A stretch of 64,000 nt of DNA from Felis catus (taxonomy: Eukaryota): the NCBI RefSeq assembly GCF_018350175.1, contig NC_058368.1, positions 23,996,001 through 24,060,000 on the forward strand. Reading direction: 5' to 3'. Below the pieces are notes generated by a model. The model was given only the letters and a program-made list of their open reading frames with translations. It had not been told where the DNA came from and ran no database searches. The position numbers and the translations under genes were made by a program. Shown here piece by piece: positions 36,836 through 50,329 of the stretch (position 1 is the stretch's first letter; each line of letters begins with the position of its first letter).

Positions 36836-37001
36836 AAAATTAAACCCTCTGTATAGCAAAGGAAACAACCCACAAAACTGGAAGGCAACCTGGAGGAGAT
36901 ATTTGCAAATGGCAGGTCTGATAAAGTGGTAGTATTCAAAATATTTAAAGAACTTAACACAAAAACTTTACAAGTAATCTAATTAAAAATGGGCAAAAGA
37001 T

Positions 37002-37191
37002 GGGGCACCTGGGTGGCTCAGTTGGTTGATGTCTGACTTCAGCTCAGGTCATGATCCCACAGTCTGAGTTCGAGCCCCATATTGGGCTCTGTGCTGACAG
37101 CTCAGAGCCTAGAGCCTGCTTCATTTACTGTGTCTCCCTCTCTCTCCCTGCCCTTCCATGCTTACACTCTCTCTCAAAAATAAATATTTTA
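37002..37191 (+). mobile_element. Carnivore SINE (SINEC)
   Basis: TSD aaaaatgggcaaaaga on both sides. Confidence 0.94.
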
Positions 37192-37597
37192 AAAAATGGG
37201 CAAAAGACATGAACAGACATTTCTCCAAAGATGACATCCAGATGGCCAACAGACACTTGAAAAGTTGCTCAACATCACTAATCATCAGGGAAATGCAAAT
37301 TAAAACCATGAGGAGGTACTACCTCATACCTGTTAGAATAGCTAAAATCAAAAACACAAAAAACAAATGTTGGGAAAAGTAGGGAGAAAAAAGAACCCTG
37401 TGCACTCTTGGTGGGAATGCAAACTGATGCGACAACTGTGTAACCTATGGAGGGTCCTCGAAATATTACAAACAATGACCAGATGATCTAGTAATCACAC
37501 TACTGGATATTTAACCAAAGAATATGAAAACAGTAATTGCAAAATTTATATGCACCTCTATGTTGTTGCAACACTATTAATAGCAGACAAATTATGG

Positions 37598-37803
37598 GGT
37601 TTTTTTTAATGTTTATTTTTTGAAAGAGTGAATGAGAGAGCATGAGCAGGGAGGAGCAGAGAGAGAGACACACAGAATCCAAAGCAGGCACCAGGCTCCA
37701 AGCTATCAGCACAAAGCCCAACATGGGGCTTGAACTCACAAATCAGGAGATCCTGACCTGAGCTGAAGTCCGGCATTTAGCCAACTGAGCCACCCAGGCA
37801 CCC
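37598..37803 (-). mobile_element. Carnivore SINE (SINEC)
   Basis: Reverse SINE body ending gagccacccaggcaccc. Confidence 0.92.
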
Positions 37804-38294
37804 AACAATAGCCAAATTATTGAAGCAACCCACTGTCCATTGACAGATAAATGGATAACGAAAAACTGGTATAGAATATATAGTGGAATATTACTCAGCC
37901 ATAAAGAAGGATGGAATGTTGCCATTTGCAAAAATATGGGTGGATCTAGAGAGTATATTGGTAAGTTAAATAAATCAGTCATTGAAAGACAAAGACCATA
38001 TGATCTCACTCATATGTGGAATTTAAGAAATAAATGAATAGAGAAAAAAGAAATAGAGACAAAGAAACAAAGAGACTCTTAACTATACAGAACACATTGA
38101 TAATTACCAGAGAGGAGATTGGTGAGAGGATGGATGAAATAAGTAAAGGGAATTAAGAGTACACTTATCATGATGAGCACTGTATAATGTTTATAATTGT
38201 TGAATCACTACTTTGTATACCTGAAACTAATGTAACACTATATATTAAACATACTGGAATTAAAGTTTTAAAATAAACTTTTTAAGTGGTAAAA

Positions 38295-38559
38295 TATGTA
38301 TGTGTGTATATATTTATATATGTGTGTATATATGTGTATATATATATTTTTATGTATGTGTATACGTGTGTGTATACATGTGTGTATATATGTATGTGTG
38401 TATATATACATGTATATATATATGTATATATACGTATACGTATGTCTACATATTTGTATGTCTGTATTCATGTCTACATATATGTATATATATGTGTATA
38501 TATATCTGTATATGTATGTATATATGTATATATACATATTTATGTGTGTGCATGTGCGC

Positions 38560-38590
<31 letters not shown>

Positions 38591-38610
38591 CACACACACA
38601 CACACACACA
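38295..38610. repeat. Complex (TG/TA)n...(AC)n microsatellite at the L1 3' junction
   Basis: About 315 bp of alternating purine-pyrimidine. Confidence 0.95.
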
Positions 38611-39705
38611 TCAGACTATGCCCTACCTTTACTCAAAACTCTTTACTTCCTCTTCTGTCCACCAGAGTAAAAGCCGAAATCCTTTGAATTCCCTATGTAT
38701 CAGTTTGGTAGTGTTGTAGTAACAAAATATCACATAAAAAGGCGACTTGCATACAGAAATGTATGGTCTCACAGTTCTGGAGGTTTCATGTGTTCAAGGT
38801 GTTCAAGGCCAGGTTAAAGGTGTTGGCAGAGTCAGTTCCCTCTGAAGGCTGTGGGGGAGAATGCGTTCTATGTTTCTCCCCTTGCATCTGGTGACTTTAT
38901 GGCAATCTTTGGCTTGTAGAAGCAACTCCCCAGTCTGTGCCTTTATCTTCACATGGCCTTATCCTGTGCGTCTATCTCCAAATTGCCCCTCTTGATAAGG
39001 ATACTCGTCATATTGGAATAGGGGCCCCTTCTAAGCCCAGTATGGTTTCACTTTGTTACATTTGCAATGACCCTATATCCAAATAAAGCAGCTTTCTAAA
39101 CTACTCGTTGTTAGGACTTCAACAGATGCAAAAGGGTGAGGAGGGGGACATAATACAACTCATTCAACTCTACATGGCCTACAGGCTGTCATCTCAAACC
39201 CCTTCCTTTCTTTGACCCACACACAGTCTCATCTCACTGACCCACTCCACTTCAACAACACCAGCCTCCTTACTGCCCATGCACATACCAGGACTCTCCC
39301 CACTTAGCACCTTGGCATTCACTATTATTTGTGCTTGAGAATGCTTTTCCCTCAGGATGGCTCATTTTGTTAACTTCAAGTCTTTGGCTCCGAGAGTCAC
39401 TTGATCAATGAGCTGTACATAAACCACACTATTCTGAATTGAAACTAAATTCCACCCACCCAACTCCACATACTCCAACTCAACATAATTATTCTCTTTA
39501 CCTCCCTCCGTTTTTCTCTCCATAGCACTTATCACCTTCTAACATATAACTTACTATTTCTTATGTCTATGACGTTTGTCTTTCTTCCCCGAAATATAAG
39601 CTCCTTGAGGGGAGCTATTTTTGGTTTATTCACCAATGTATTCCAAGAACCCAGACGTGAACCTGGAGCATAGTAAGCTGTCAAAAAAAAAAAATTGTTA
39701 AATGG
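38611..39705 (+). mobile_element. L2 remnant (3' pieces), interrupted by an MLT1 LTR
   Basis: tcagactatgccctacctttactcaaaactc...; ccatagcacttatcaccttctaacata...gaaatataagctccttgagggg...cctggagcatagtaag (L2 3' terminus). Confidence 0.75.
38696..39167 (-). mobile_element. MaLR solo LTR (MLT1B/C-like)
   Basis: tgtatcagttt...gtaacaaaatatcac...tctcacagttctggagg...ggacttcaaca; 5-bp TSD cccta/ctcta. Confidence 0.85.
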
Positions 39706-39815
39706 GCAAAGAAGTATAAATTCACCATTTCTTCCAATTCATAAGGAAAATCATGAATTCATCAGAGTTCACCAGAAATCTTGAACAAGTAATTTTAAGA
39801 ATGGAGGACACTGAA

Positions 39816-40003
39816 GGGGTGCCTGGGTGGCTCAGTCGGTTAAGCGTCCGACTTCAGCTCAGGTCAGGATCTCGCGGTCCGTGAGTTCGAGCCCCGCGTC
39901 GGGCTCTGGGCTGATGGCTCAGAGCCTGGAGCCTGCTTCCGATTCTGTCTCCCTCTCTCTCTCTGCCCCTCCCCCGTTCATGCTCTGTCTCTCTCTGTCT
40001 CAA
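39816..40003 (+). mobile_element. Young felid SINE lacking poly-A tail and 3' TSD
   Basis: CpG-rich SINE body stops at ctctgtctcaa, then unrelated sequence. Confidence 0.95.
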
Positions 40004-42134
40004 TTGGAATGTACCAACCTGGTGGAACCAGGGAGGCAGCACTTACACCAAACAGTAGAGGTTGTATCTGCTGGAAACAGACCTATCAACACACACAAGG
40101 TAAAGCAATCAAACAATTGAACCTGAAAATTTACTTCATAATTTCTGTTCAGCATTTTGAATTAACCATTTTGCCCCTATGGACAGTCAGTAATATCCAC
40201 TTAACTCTAATTCCTCACTTCATTTTAGGCCACACAGACCTGAGAAATCCTGAGGGTGAGGCATTTTCATTAAAATGTGTCAACAGACTCCTACTATGGT
40301 AGGGCACAATGCTAAAATATATATATTATAATAATTGCACTTCACGATTTGACAGTTCCTGCTCTAGGAAGCCATGCGCAGGTGATGCAATTTTAGTTTA
40401 AGCAAAAGGCTCCTCAGAAGGAAAACAATCCAGGAAAACGGAAAAATAAATGTCTTTCTTTTTTTTCCTTTTTTTTTTTTTCATGTTCTTGATGTAGGAA
40501 GACTCAGAACTGACTCAAACCCACAAGTCTTGCATCTGCCATTTATTTGTCCCTCAGAGTTAATGTTTTCCTAGTAACTTTGGAGACTCCCCACTGAGTC
40601 ACCCACTCTCTCACCTGCTTTCTCGTGATGAGCAGCATCCTTTCCGGAGATGACTGAGCAGACTTCAGAGGCAGACTTTCCTGAAATCTGACTGCTTTTA
40701 TGTCCCTGAGTTCCAGGAGATAACCTCAAGATCATTAAAATGAATCTGCTCCTCTGTTTAATCTAACTGCTATTTTCAACCTAACGTATGTGCCTGACAT
40801 CTGTTTTCCACCGTCTAGACTATATGGCCAGTTTTTCCTTGATGTAATTTTCCATTATATGATATACACTCTTTCCTCCAAAGGAAGGAAGAGTAAGTCC
40901 TTTTAAAACTCTTATTAACAGCGGATATTTACAAGGCACCCAGTAGTGAGGCTTCTATGGTGGAAGACGAGAGCCTTAAACTTGGAAATAACCAAAAAGG
41001 TTCATGATGCGTATGTACAGTTTCTTTGACCAAAATTCTCACACATAATAGGTCTTTAAAATTTTGGATAAATAAATGCTTAGTCACACTGCCTCAACAG
41101 AGACATTTATATTATACGCAGGTTTTCAAATATGAGTATATGAAATATATTCAGGTCACTGATTTTTTTTTGCGCTCCATTGATTCCTTTGGCTCATTCA
41201 CATGACATCTGTGAAAATTACTGCTATCGTTCTTTTAGTGCGTAGCTTCAACCCTCTAATTTTCAAACACATTATTCAAACCCTAGCTTCAATGGTCACT
41301 TGAAAAAAGCCATTTCTTTCTGAAATCAATCAATCAGCCTCCTACTCCACCCCTCTTGTAATGACTAGGAACACTCATATGGTTTTATAAAATAAGGAAG
41401 AGGAAGCATGAATAAGGTAAATATTTACACTGACACCCTCATCTCCACAAAAGACAATTACCCAACATTTCAGTCTCTAAAAAAATCTGTGTTTTTAGTA
41501 TGTTTCATCCTCAGAAATAGTAGCCAAGGTAGTGTAAATATAGTCCATGCAAAGGCTCTTAAGTCCTGCCCCCACTCCTGCCTAGAGACCCCTAGGTTTG
41601 TTGCACTGCTGGATTCCCCCAAAGAGCCTTCTACCTATCTCCCATTTGGTGTATATGTGGTAAACCAGGCAAGTATTTTTAAGGAGTAGGGAATGCTACA
41701 GAAAGACAATAGAGAACAGTGTGGGTGACAGATGTAGATGAGGGCAATACCTGTGCACTATGACCACTTTTCTATTCCAAGGCCTCTTGCCCCAGACCCA
41801 TTTGTCTATCCAACAAAGAGTGACTGATGATAAACTATGTCAGGTTCTGACTATAGCTACAGATAAAGCAATGGTCAACACGGTGTTATACATGCTAGGT
41901 TTAAGCTTGATGAGTATTACAGAGAAAAATGCCAGTGCTCCACACAAAGTAGGAGAACCACATCCAGGGTCCCCCACACCCACAGGGAACATGCCTGCTT
42001 TGACTCAGTAGCACCACTGTCCACACAGCCCCATTAGTGCTGGGATGACTCATTTCATGGATGAGGAGAGATGGATCAGAAAGACTTAAGGATCTGCCTG
42101 GAGTTTTAAGGCTGGTAACTCACAGAAGTGGATC

Positions 42135-42231
42135 TAGCTATGACCAAACACTTTGGTTTGCCTGGGACTGAGAAGTTTCCCAGGACATGGGACTTCCAGT
42201 TTGGGGCCAAATAGAACCGCTGTTAACTCTA
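42135..42231. mobile_element. MER81-like hAT-Blackjack MITE remnant
   Basis: tgaccaaac...ggtttgcctgggactgagaagtttcccaggacatgggacttccagt; degraded terminal inverted repeats. Confidence 0.7.
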
Positions 42232-42819
42232 TCAAAGCCCAGTTTTCCTAAATCCATTTCAAGTTGTCTTCCCAATCCACAAGTACATATACATTTTTTT
42301 TTATTGTTTGTTGTTTTACATAATGGGGTCTTTTAGGAATTGCCAATGCACTCTGTGTGTGTTGAGGTGAATTCATAACAGAAGAAATAAAATTCTCCCA
42401 TAGCTAATGAAAGAAAAAACTCAGTCGTACCCAATGTACTGTGTACTATTATAGCAGATCTTATTGCCTATTAAGTTTATTGTTAATGCCTTATAATATG
42501 CATATATACATATATATAATGCATCCTATTATAGATCGAATTAGCAGTCCCCTGAGAAGGCAACACATCGATGGCAGTGATTCAACTGAAACACAAATTT
42601 CTATATTATGATCTTCCATCCTGACCATAGCATTAAAATTATCTACTTTGTATTGGATCTTCCTCATATTTTGAGTCATTGTCTGGTTTCAGAGTTTTCT
42701 TCTATATCCAAAGAGACTCATTTTATCTCCTCATCTCTTTTATGTGTTTCCTAATGTCTTCTAGTATTTCATTAACAACGTGCTACAATCTCTCAGAGTC
42801 TTCCTGGGAGGAAGTCAAA

Positions 42820-43060
42820 GATGATAAGGAATGTGAACCCTGACATCAGGGCATGAATTTAAGTCCTAGGCCACTTTATTCCTATGTGACTAGGAAAAAA
42901 TGCTGCTCTCTATTCAGATTCCTCATCTGTAAAATGCCAATAATTGTAGTGCTACTTTATAGAGTGGTTCCAAGGATTCAATGATTATACACATCCGGAA
43001 GACTTAAAACAGTTCCTGGGACAAAGTATGTGCTTACTAAGTGTCAGCTTGTATTATTTT
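42820..43060. mobile_element. MIR SINE remnant
   Basis: tcagattcctcatctgtaaaatg...aggattcaatga...cagttcctgggacaaagtatgtgctt. Confidence 0.75.
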
Positions 43061-45775
43061 CCTATATGGTTCAGTAATTTTTATGTTCTAAGATTCTAGG
43101 TTATAATTCTAAGATTTTTAACGCTCATAAACATAACCATTTCCTAGAAATAGAGACACTTATTATTTTAAACAGATGATACCAACTTGATGTTACTTTT
43201 TTTTTTTTTTTGAAAATATGATTTCCTTCACTGTACGTGATCTGACGATGGGGTGGGGATGCTTACTAGTAAGTACAAGAATATTTAGGTCTAGAACTCC
43301 AGGGAGAGATTTGGGCAGGTGAGCAATAGTTGACAGGGGTCTTACAAATAGAAGAAAATGCTCTTCTAGATGTAGTTTGTAGATCTAGGAGGAAACAGGT
43401 CCCAGAGAAGATCTCAGGAGAAAGTGGAGGAAATGGATTCTGAGAAACAAAAGAAAGAGTTATCAGAGAGATATATGGAAAATCAAGTATTTATTCAGAA
43501 GGGAATGTTTAATTCTGAACACAGTCAAGTATGTTAAGGATTTGGGTTTTCCCTTTGAAGATCCCAGCAAGGGGACTGCTCACTGGTCATCGTGTAAGAA
43601 AAGTGAGGTGTAGTGATGAAAGCAAAAGTGAAGGTAAAGTAGGTGTAGGAAGTAAATGGGAGGAAGCAAAGTAAAAAGAACAACAATAGCAACTGTGTCC
43701 AAAGCTAGAAAGGAAGACAGAACGTAATAGTCACATGAGAATTGGTGCTGAACAAATGTGACTCAGCTCCCCTCCTCATAATAGTTGGAAGCTAAGGTAG
43801 GATTCCACATCTTTGCGATACCCCTACATGAGGAAAAGCCCAAAGCTGAGACCCTGTGACAAGCAGAGTCAGGACAAAATGAGAATACAAAGGGATAGTT
43901 ATCAAAACACAGTATAAAAACAAGATGGCAATCTGCTCTATAGCACTAGGGATCCAAGATAAAAATGGTTGAAAGCAAAGAGCAAGGGAGGATAAGTATA
44001 ATTTAGAAATTTCCTGGAGCAGGATTTATTTTTTTGGAAGTGGCTTCTTGGTGACAGCTGCCATGTATGTGCCTGACTTAGAAGAATGAGGATATGGGAA
44101 TAGAGATTTTAGATTTATAGAATGTTAATATTGAAGGGGTTATGGAAACCAGAGTTAAAGTCTTGCTTCTTTTTTTTTTTTATCAATTTACTAATTTACT
44201 TGGTCATACAATGATTACTATTTTGTGGTATGTAAAATACTACACACTGGACAGTGATGTAGAACAGCTTTATAGTAATTTTATCCACAGATTCTTCAGC
44301 ATAAACTCTACTTCCCTAGTTTTTAATAATTCTGAAAAGTCTTTTTTCAGAGGTATATTGCAGTTTTGGGTTTTACTTCAATGTTTCTTTTTCTCTTCTC
44401 AACGAATCACTCAGCTTCTTAGACCACCCACCTTATATACTTGCCTTTTCATTCTTTGCCCATCCTTCTAAGTATTGCAAATTCACTAATGAAATCAACA
44501 GTTAAGGATAATCCCCCAGTCACCCTTTATTTGTTCAAAGGGAGTTATATTTTCCCTCTAAAATCATGATGCTTTAATACCTGTCCCATCTGTCCCTTAG
44601 CTCCTGCCGGCCTACCCATTTCCAACCAAGTGATAAACCCTCATATGGAGGGAACCCTTAGGAAATGTTTCTCTCAAGTGAATAAGAGTTCAGGAAATGA
44701 ATAAAAATGTAAATAGTATTAGTCAATATTACAATTACTCAAAATTACAATTGTAATTAGCCAATATTATAATAAAGTAATACATGGAAAAAAGGTTACA
44801 AAATGTTATTTTTTTTGTACATTAATATCTTCCTCTGCTTAAGATTATTCTTCACATCAGCAAATATACATTTGGCTCCCCAAATTATGATTTAACAGGA
44901 ATTAAGGAATAGTAAGCACACAAGACTCTCCACCACAATAAGCATTCACCATAAGAATACTCATCGCAATAAATATCCAAATCAGGTGACTAGAATTAGT
45001 CAAGTGTAATTACTTTAAGCACCTAGGCATAGCATTTATAAAATTAATTTTAATGTCCAAAAAAAGAGAACTCTAAATATATGAATCCAAGAAAGGAGTT
45101 GGTCTGTCCTTTCCTATTTAGTCTTGTATAAAAGAGTATTCTACTCAGTCCGGAGAACCAACTATTAAACGTAACATTAACAAACTTGTCTAAAGGAGGA
45201 CAGAATAAAGTTCTAGAATTGACAAAAGTGTTTAATGAAGAGTATGACAAAGGTGCTAACAGGGAGAGAATTTTGCTTCAAAAAAAGGATTTTAGGAAAA
45301 GAAATAACTAAGGTAAAAGGGGAAGTCCATTAGCCTTCTGAGAGACAAACTGTCTCTCACAGTTGTGAGAGACAAAAAAAAAAAAAGGCTAAACTCACTA
45401 GGAATATGAGAGAGACACAAAGATTCTCAGAGGCATGTGCTTGGAGAAGAACTGGACTCAGAGAGATTTGAACCTGGCCTGGGACAGGGAATCCTCCACT
45501 GCCCCCCCCCCCCCAAAAGAACCAGTATATGATTGCCAAAGAGAAACTTTGAATAATACATAATCGTTATGGTTAAAAAAATAGTACAAGAACATTTGTA
45601 ATGACATACAGTCTCTTACCACCTTACTCTTTACCTTCCAAAACTCCATTTCAGAGCCAGTAACTTTTAAATATTTCTGGTTTTAGATCTTCTGTTTTCA
45701 AATGCCATGATGCTTCTATTTTAACTACCACACATATTATCTGTTGATTTATTCCCCTTAAAAATGACTCTTGTA

Positions 45776-45985
45776 GGGATGCCTGGGTGTCTCAGAGGCT
45801 TGACTACTGATTTTGGCTCAGGCCATGATCTCACGGTTCATGGGATCGAGCCCACAGTCAGTCTCTGTGCTGACAGTGTGGAGTCTGCTTGGAATTCTCT
45901 CTGCACCCACCCCCCCACCACCCGCCCGACTCCATGCTCTCGCATGCATGCATGCTCTCTCTCACAAAATAAACATTTAAAAAAA
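45776..45985 (+). mobile_element. Carnivore SINE (SINEC)
   Basis: gggatgcctgggtg start; TSD-like aaaatgactcttgta/aaaattattcttgta. Confidence 0.9.
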
Positions 45986-46386
45986 TTATTCTTGTAATTG
46001 CATTTAATATGATTAAAATTCTTCATCCTCTCCTGTCCTCCAGTATAGCCCATTATCATTAGGTTTTTGGTGGTTTTTTGTTTTTTTTAGTTTTTAATAA
46101 AATATTTAAGCCATTTTAGATCAGCTGTATTCACACCCTTACCTTCATCCCTTCCTGCTTCTCTCCTTCCCTTTTCCCACCTCCACATTTGACATTATCA
46201 AGGGTGAAAACATTTATATTTTATTCTGTAATCATAATTAAGTAATCCTTAGTCTACAGGGGATTACAAAATTAAAAGGCAGGAAATAGCATTTACAGAC
46301 GGTAATACCTGAAGTAAACAACATTCCTTCATGGTCTCAAAGCTCACAGCTTCAATGCCACCCTAAGATGCTATAGAGAGTCTCAT

Positions 46387-46671
46387 TTTTTTTTAAGCTT
46401 ATTTGAGAGAGAGAGAGCACGCATGCGCACTTACTGGAGGGGCAAAGAGATAAAGAGGGGGAGAAAGAGAGGGAGGAAGGGGGAGAGGGAGAGAGAGAAG
46501 GAGCGGGGAGAGGGACAGAGAGGGATGGGGAGAGAGTGAGAGAATCCCAAGCAGGCTCTGCACTGTTAGCACAGAGCAGGATGTGAGGCTCAAACTCATG
46601 AACTGTGAAATCATGACCTGAACCAAAATCAAGAGTCAAATGCTTAACCAACTGAGCCACTAAGGGTCCCC
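46387..46671 (-). mobile_element. Carnivore SINE (SINEC) with expanded CT-rich segment
   Basis: Reverse SINE body; TSD agagagtctcatt/aagacgtctcatt. Confidence 0.9.
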
Positions 46672-47916
46672 AAGACGTCTCATTCTTATACTCCATCAAA
46701 AGCCCAATCATGCTGCATTTTAATTTCCAAGATAGAGTAGTTGTTGTTTGCCTGGTTTATACAACAAGTGTTTTACCTGAAATTTCAGGTTGCTATGTGT
46801 GTGCCTCTGTGGCAGCGTTGAAGAAAAGTTGCACCGGATGAATATCAACAGGTAAGGAAGATTTTACTCAAGAATGTTAAAATAGAGATTGAATTTGAGC
46901 CCACAGAAACGAGATGGGATGAGCTAGTGAGAAAGTACTGGAAGACATTATGGGATATTTGGCCTATGTGATCAGACCATTTGTGTTTGTTAATTGCCAT
47001 TTATAAAGGTTAGGCTCCCACTCTCCTACAGAAATTGAAAGACAGGGGTGCTGGTCAAGATAAGGAGACCCTGGCAATAAAAATCTATAATAGTATTGGA
47101 AAACCAGTACATGGTAATCTCCACGCCCTTAAACTCGTTGCATTTTATTCTTTCTCCATTGATACTCAGTAAAGTTTCCCAAGTTCCAGCTTGTTTCTCT
47201 AAGCTAAGAGGAGCCAATTCAACCGCCCATGGCTACTCTATGGTCACAGTGGTACTGATGAAGACAGAAAATTCTAGTAACAGTATACATTAAGGGCAAC
47301 TGAATCAGGGTTACTTGGTTAGAACACCTCTCCCAATGTAGTCAGTCTCTACGCTTGAGCTGGTGTTTCTGAGCATTGTTTCTAAGAAAGGACGTAATCC
47401 ACTATCTCTTAATGTTTAACCCTTTGTCTGTCTCAGCCACAACTTTCCAATTTCTCATCCTAGTTCTAGGTTAACATCAAATGCCATTTCTTCCATGTAG
47501 AGATTTCCAGTCCCTAGGCAGAGCAAGTTTTCTTGTTTCTCTGCTCTGCCATTAATATGTTATTTTAATCAAAATCTCTATCTAGACATTTCCTAATACA
47601 TACAAGTGGAGATGTCAAAACCTCCCTCCCAGGGACACCGTGAGAATTAAGCAAACATATGAGAAGGCTTCAGGCATGGTCCCTGGCTCTTCCTTCTTTC
47701 TGGTAGTCCGTGACTCCAACTGCAATGCTATTTTTTTTTCCCCCTCGCATGTGGCTCTGATATCCCTAGACTGTGGCCGTGAGGACAGGGATGTATTTTG
47801 TTAACTCGTATCCCCAGCTCCTAGCACAGCTCCAAGGACAAAGGACCAATAAATGTTGACTGAGTTGGGTACACGTTTACTGCAACCCATTTGCCTTTCT
47901 ATTTAAATCTACCTGA

Positions 47917-48075
47917 GGGGCTCCCAGGTGGCTGAGTCAGTTAAGCATCCGACTCTTGGTTTTGGCTCAGGTCATAATCTCATGGTTTGTGACTCTGAGT
48001 CCTGCACTGGACTCCATTCTGACAGTGTGAAGCCTACTTGGTATTTTCTCTCCCTCTCTCTCTCTCAAAAAAAAA
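47917..48075 (+). mobile_element. Carnivore SINE (SINEC)
   Basis: Perfect TSD aaatctacctga on both sides. Confidence 0.92.
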
Positions 48076-50329
48076 AAATCTACCTGAAATCATACTAAAT
48101 TGAAGTTGTTTGGCGGGGTGGGGGGGGGCACAGGAGGAGAAACTCATTTCAAAAACATTTGAAGTTATTTTACAGCAGTAGAGTGACCTTAAGATGACCA
48201 AAAAAAAAAAAAAAAAACAGCCAAGTAACACAAATTGTTTTGGGAGGGGCATCAGGCAGAGAAGTAGCATGGTGTCAAATACAAATATTCCTGCAAATTC
48301 CCTCGAGTTCTCTTTAAGGCACAGTATTTTTTGGACAGGAATAACGTAGGATCCTTCTCCAGGAGTCAGAACTGTGAAAAATGCACCTGCATTTATAGGA
48401 GCATCTGGATCTCCTCTTACAGGCCCTGGTGTCACCTGATAGCCCGCTGCAAATCGGAATGTGCAAAGAAGGAAGAGGTTGAAGGAGACCCAGAGGGAAG
48501 GCTCAGACCTAGATTCTAGAGTCCATTGTCCTGCAACATAAAGACAACTCCATGATCCCTAAGTGAATGGACTAAACCTCAGCTACCTTAAATACGCTCA
48601 TTCCTCTCTCTCCAGTGACCTGTTAGAAGAGCAAGGAAGCCATATGCACGGATTGCCATTTTGGAGTCAGACGTGGTTCTAGACTCTTTACTTGTGTTCA
48701 CTTAGTTTTGTCTCATGAAAGCATGACATTTCCATTTTTCAGAGTAAAATGAGGCCAAGGGGAGTTTTATCATTTGTAGTAAACAGTCAAGGATTCAACC
48801 CCAAACCTTGCTGCTTCCAAAGGTCTGCCTCTTCTGCTATCCCTCACTGAGGCCCCCCTGTCAGTATGCTAATGATGGAGTCCAGCTTCCTAGTAGAAGT
48901 CCTGAATAGTGGCACAAGTGGAGGCTGGCTCTCATTCCTGGGCCCCAAAGACCATGGCAGTTTTCTAAGACATACAAGCATAGCTGGATGTATGCACTCG
49001 GCACATTTGTTGAGCTCTGTACTCTTTGACGGAGCAGGTTTGCTTAGTCAGTCTGATCGTGAGCTCTTTGTCAGGAAATTCAGCTTTTGGTCGAAGTAGA
49101 GACAGGATAGTGATCCTCCTGTGTCTGGATTCATTTATGCTCATTAAGTTATTTATGTGCCACTCCAGGAAGAGCCAGTATTAATATTCTGACCTGGCAA
49201 AAAGCAAAAAATTATTACCTCAGTAATGTGAAACCAATCATGCACAATTTCAACTATAATTAGAACACAGAGTGAGATCACAAGTCAGTCTCCCTTTTGC
49301 TCTTTCCAGTATTGTTTTGCGTGGTCCATTAAGAATGAAAGTCAGATCGAGAGTGGTTCCATCCTGTGAACCCTCCAAGACTCAATGGGCTGTTAGTCCA
49401 GTGCCTTAAAGATGATGAAGAGCTGTGTGCCCAGCAACATGGTTCCAACGTCTACAATACACTTAAGCAGTGTTTCTCTATAAATACAAAGTCAAACGGA
49501 GGACTGTTGTAATTTTCAGTATAATTCAGGCCAAATGTTTCCTATATGAATACTTAGCCGGTCATTACTGAGTAGAGAATCTTGTTGGAACCATATTGCT
49601 AATGGTCTCAACTCTCCATTTTAGATTTCCCAGACAGAGCTTTAAGAGGCCAAGGCCTCGCTAATCAGTGCAATAAATCAGTATGCCCTTTAACTTCTTA
49701 AAGCTTCCCTCGTGTCCCTCCAAAGACCGAAGCAGACTAACATGGCTTGCAGAAAGGTCTTGCTTTTTGGTCCATACACTAGATCCACCTATTTTTGTGT
49801 AAGAAATGTGTTAATAAAGAAATGAAGCAATTTATGAACCTCTTGACCTCCCTACTTCTTACTACCTCTGATACTCCTGAATTCTAAACAAAATGAGTGA
49901 TTTTAATACAGCCAGCATATGATTACATTCCACCCCCTAAGAAGTCCATTCTATGTCACCTCCAGATGCTATTTGAGTTGTGTGCACAATGAATATTCTT
50001 GATAATCCGATGAAGCATATTTGTGACATGGCCTATATTGTGTGCTTAGAAGACAAAAGGCACAGCTTTTTCTATCAGGTGATTGGAGAGCTACAACATT
50101 AAGTAAAGCGCTGTGATCTTCTGAAAAATTTATACAAGTTGATGAAGAAAAGATACATCCCTGTAAGAATATCCCTTAATCCCTTTAGCAACTGAGAAGA
50201 TCATGTTCAAGGGCAGATCTTACACAAGATTATATCAAAATCCTTGACTATCCCCCCATCCTGTCTCTCCAGGGATGTCATTCTTTGTGTGCCTTATTAG
50301 AACAAAACTCAAGATTTTTAACATCTTAT

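Larger units (their letters stand above)
30349..38290 (+). mobile_element. Decayed full-length carnivore L1 (5'UTR, ORF1, ORF2, 3'UTR) with nested insertions
   Basis: GC-richer 5'UTR about 30349-31650; ORF1 remnants about 31700-32650; ORF2 endonuclease start at 33093 (MAVSSYLSAITFNVNVINAPIKRHKV...CCLQETH); RT, C-terminus and 3'UTR to about 38280; many stops and frameshifts. Confidence 0.92.

Noticed and set aside
39827..40120. MAQSVKRPTSAQV-type ORFs (also 21721, 25177, 33657, 46352, 61917)
   Set aside because: Generic read-through of SINEC sequence.
46789..46851. 63-nt + strand segment between tttcag and CAG|GTAAGG
   Set aside because: Short, interrupted polypyrimidine tract, unrecognised peptide and no other support; such site pairs are common by chance.
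48034..48435. 133-aa minus-strand ORF
   Set aside because: GTG start; runs through poly-A tracts and a SINE tail; no recognisable domain.
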